Shown here: in pieces, positions 60,577 through 64,000 of the stretch
How positions within the stretch are numbered: the first letter of the stretch is position 1
Layout: every line of letters starts with the position of its first letter
Assembly (NCBI GenBank): GCA_903813345.2
Contig: CAIIXF020000001.1
Coordinates: forward strand, 1,240,001 to 1,304,000
From: Owenia fusiformis
Taxonomy: Eukaryota
DNA: 64,000 nt
Reading direction: 5' to 3'
Translations under genes and position numbers: made by a program
The notes under the pieces: generated by a model
What the model saw: only the letters and a program-made list of their open reading frames with translations
The model's database searches: none
Told to the model about the DNA's origin: nothing

Positions 60577-62684
60577 TATGAAACCATAATGAATACAAAT
60601 ATGAAATCATATTCAAGTATTATGTAGTATATTTCAAGCAAACTTATTAAATATGAGCAGTTGGATGTGGATTGAATTTCAAATTGACCAATACTTGTGC
60701 TTATGTTTATAAATACCCCAAAACTGCCAAGCCACATCCTCTGCTGACAGTTGATTGGCTGTTTGTTATCTTGGTAGGCATTTCACATGTTACATAAGAC
60801 ACCCTCTTTTTAAGCGAATAAGTCGATCAGAAGATGGGCCTATTAAGCCATATAATGGACAGGCTGATGAAGAAATGAATTTGTTTTATAAGCAAACACA
60901 TGTGTTTTAAGCATGTACGGTTCAAAAAATGAATGAAAACAATGTATAATATCCAGTTAGGAAAGTTTTAACTGAATGGTAAAATTTAAAATTGGTAGAA
61001 AAAGGTTAAATGTTTACAAAATCGATTAAAATTGAGAAGGTGTTTTTGACCACCATGTCACATAAATGGTTTTATCCCAAGCCACTAGCCAGGGTTGTTG
61101 AAAATTGCTCTATTATATATAATTGTTTGTTGCAAATTAAATTATATTTATTATGATATATCATTATTGGTGTGTCTGTTAAAAATTAAATATTTATCAG
61201 GAATATTGGCTTGGGGGTGGTTTTTTGGCCCACCTTGTATATTATAACAGAAAGTGGTGGCCATTTTGAACATTTTCAAGATTTTCTGTTGTTGAAAAAT
61301 GTTGAAAATACGCATAGTGAGGCCTTAATATTACATTTGATAGAACAAGAACTGCTCCGTATTAAAAGTGGACGAATGAAAATTAAGTATTCTTTTTAGG
61401 ACATTTCAATTTTATTTCTTTGTGGGTTGTTTGAGAGGGTTCAAAATCCAGTATTTTGTTGTTTGTTGGTCAAGTGCTCGTTGAAAGTAAATGTTTATGT
61501 GATGTTTTGTTTTCTAAACAACTCGTTTTCAAGCGTGAACTTTTTTCTATGTGGACAGCTTGGTTTAACCACATGTTATTAATTTTACAGGATTTCTGTT
61601 CTTACTTAACTTCAATGTGTGCAGGGGAGGCGTCAAATTGACCCCCTTGATTTGTTCAATAGTACTTTTGCGAGTTTTTTCTGCCTCTGTTATTTTTTTC
61701 GAGTTTGCACCAAAGATAATGGACACTTGTTTTACAAGATGCATGATTTGCTGTCTGAAATCTTGAATTGAGAAATAAATCAATTTAAACTCTAAGATGA
61801 CCAATAACTCAGATGCGAGTAGGTACTTACCAGTTCACCACCAGGCGGCTCGTTCGGGCCAGATGGCATTGCAGGTGTATGAAAAAGTTCCCTTTAACTT
61901 AATATTCATTTGTTTTAGTCGTTCAATTTTCATATCACCCTGTTTATATTTGTGCAAATTAAAATATGTCCATTAAAAGAAAATGTTATCTGTCCAATAC
62001 AATAAAATATATTTCACTTTTTGTGATTTTACAACATTGTGTCTATGGGGAATCAAAAGCTTTCATAAAATCTGAATTTTCAAAGTTGATAAACAATTTC
62101 GAAACCATGTTTCTAGATGTACTTTTACATGCAGATTTAAAACATGACATCACTTTGATAGAATTCGTGTGCACGAAGCAATTGTAAAGCTAATCTTGTC
62201 TTTATTTCGTCGGTTTAGGTCATCATTTTTACTGGAATCACATGTAAAAAGTGTCTCACTTTTTTTGGACACCCGATATATGTGTGCTACTAAATGATTA
62301 TACGGTAGCCATACGAACCAGTGCGTGTTATAAGGTACTTCCTAAAACTTCAGTGAAGCTTTAAAAAACACTATTGACGCTTAGTCTAACACCATGCAGA
62401 CAACACCAGGATATATCTTACTTAATTAATTGGCCAAATTGAGACTATCTGCAACATATTTATGTTGTCCAACATAGGGATGAAGGCAATCAGCCAAATG
62501 TCTACGTACAATTAAATATCAAACGACATAAAGTTCATAGTTTGGACAGATAACACAAACAGTCTTCGTAAACACCCCGGATTGAGGATATTGACACGTA
62601 CAATTACAATAAATACTGTTATCTTAATTATTTTAATAGTTATTAGGTTTATACATGTAAAAGGAAAACAAGGATATTAGAAAA

Positions 62685-63100
62685 ATGAAATGTAAGTTGA
62701 ATTACATGAACGTGGCCAGATTGATATGGACTGGACTAGAAATAGGATTGTTTTGTGGTATTTCATTTGGATGGTCTTCTTGGATCCATGTTTTTAAAGA
62801 CGATGGGATATTCGCCGACATCTGCTTAACGAAGTACATGAAAACAAGAAGCAATGCTACATATGATGGAGCCCCGTTAACAGACGCACGCACTGATGTA
62901 ACTACACTGTTTGATGATGACGTGTCATCTAGAGTCAATGCAAGCGATTTGGAAAATAACGCAGCCATTGAATGCAGAGAAAGGAACGACATGTTTAGTT
63001 TGGTATTTACGACAATGAATGTGCTCACCGGTATTCTCTCCATTATTAATGGCTACATATACGATAGGTTTGGTACGCTGGTGTGTCGTCTCTTGTCTCT
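62685..63100 (+). CDS. First coding exon of an SLC43-family MFS transporter (SLC43A3/ENBT1-like); the gene is incomplete in this window
   Basis: GLEIGLFCGISFGWSSW..FKDDGIFADIC...CRERNDMFSLVFT...NGYIYDRFGTLVCRL matches the SLC43 N-terminal pattern. Donor CT|GTAAGT with GT at 63101 (phase 2). Confidence 0.8.
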
Positions 63101-64000
63101 GTAAGTTGCTTATTAATCTGGGGTGTATTTCTTTGCCATTTTTTCTTCTTTTTTTATTTGACTCCACTTTATGCCCAAACATTTTTATTATTTGTCCCAC
63201 CTACCCAAAACATGAGTTACCATAGCAACCATATTTTTCATCAAAATTGAGGAGAGTCAATGAAAGGCATTCTAATTTGACATTGTATTTAACACAACCT
63301 GTGAAAATTTGAATGAAAAGGGCACAAAACTCTTAGTTTGAGAGCAATTTTCGCAAAACTTATTGATCGATCTGGTACAACACGTGATTTTTTCATCGAT
63401 GTTAGCATACTGCTTAATATAACTTTTTTATCTTAATGTAAAATAACAAGCTAGTATATTATTTAACACGAAAGAAATTAGCATAATATTATTCGAAGCG
63501 TGTTTAGAAAATTTTGAAACCGCCATTGAATGAAGTGATTTGTTTTAGCATGCGCCAAATCGCTTCCAAAGTGGCTTAGTTAGTCTAAACCGATGTTGAG
63601 GTAGATTACTAAGAAGTGGCCCATAGTCATTAAAGATTGGTTCATTGACTTTTCATTTTCACTTGTCTGCAGTTAATTAGGTGACACGAAAGGGCCAAAC
63701 GGCTTGCTCCAAGGTGCAACCGTCAAAAATATGAGTTTGAAAAAAATCATGTTTTTCAAATAATAGCAGTGAGTATAAGAAATAGGAGGCATATTTGATA
63801 TTGATATGTATGATAGTCTATTTGGGTGTGGTCATTTTTATTAAAAATAATAATGGTGAAGAATTATACATTACTGACCTTGAAATGCCATTTTAATTCA
63901 AAAATCACTGTTGCTAATGATAATATTCCTATTTTACTTAATTAATGTTTTCTAGATGTTTCAATTACCATTATGTTAGTTTTTGGCAAAGTAAATAATT

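Larger units (their letters stand above)
59072..61073 (-). mobile_element. Decayed Tc1/mariner-superfamily transposon (maT/DD37D-like) with about 100-bp TIRs
   Basis: taaccaattatttgacatgggggtcaaaaatac versus gtgtttttgaccaccatgtcacataaatggttt. Transposase relic inside. Confidence 0.7.

Noticed and set aside
61565..61804. 79-aa minus-strand ORF with a nearby donor-like GTAAGT at about 61830
   Set aside because: It runs into a MITE-like end (ttaac...gtcaaattgacccc) and has no recognisable domain; cannot be assigned to ABCG or any gene.
63945..64000. Possible second SLC43 exon after tttctag
   Set aside because: The phase-compatible translation does not resemble SLC43, and the window ends.

Overview
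AT-rich animal genomic DNA with spliceosomal introns. The repeat types (TTAGGG-like tracts, a HINE, a tRNA-SINE with a Nin/Deu-like core) suggest a marine lophotrochozoan such as a mollusc; this is inference. Genes: (1) a TRIM-NHL (RING/B-box/coiled-coil/filamin/NHL) CDS in one exon at 13863-15929 (+). (2) A minus-strand tandem cluster of C2H2 zinc-finger paralogues with HTGEKN linkers: a decayed fragment at about 21.2-21.6 kb, a frameshifted copy at 23.9-25.2 kb, and intact 15- and 19-finger copies at 36.8-38.3 kb and 41.6-43.5 kb. (3) A complete 15-exon ABCG half-transporter (-, 48749-57726, 663 aa by hand splicing, one GC-AG intron). (4) The first coding exon of an SLC43A3-like transporter (+, 62685-63100). 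Much of the rest is non-autonomous DNA transposons and tandem repeats: a near-identical 2087-bp x3.2 array with telomere-like cores, a higher-order minisatellite, a 5.1-kb CACT-ended element carrying a satellite and a nested complete HINE, three CAC...GTG elements with 5-bp target duplications (Transib/RAG-like signature), Harbinger-, Kolobok-, hAT- and Tc1-type MITEs, and a mariner transposase relic. I found no prokaryotic-type system or CRISPR array. The best novelty candidates are the lineage-specific ZNF family with its N-terminal heptad repeat and shared upstream motif, and the telomere-like macro-repeat array.
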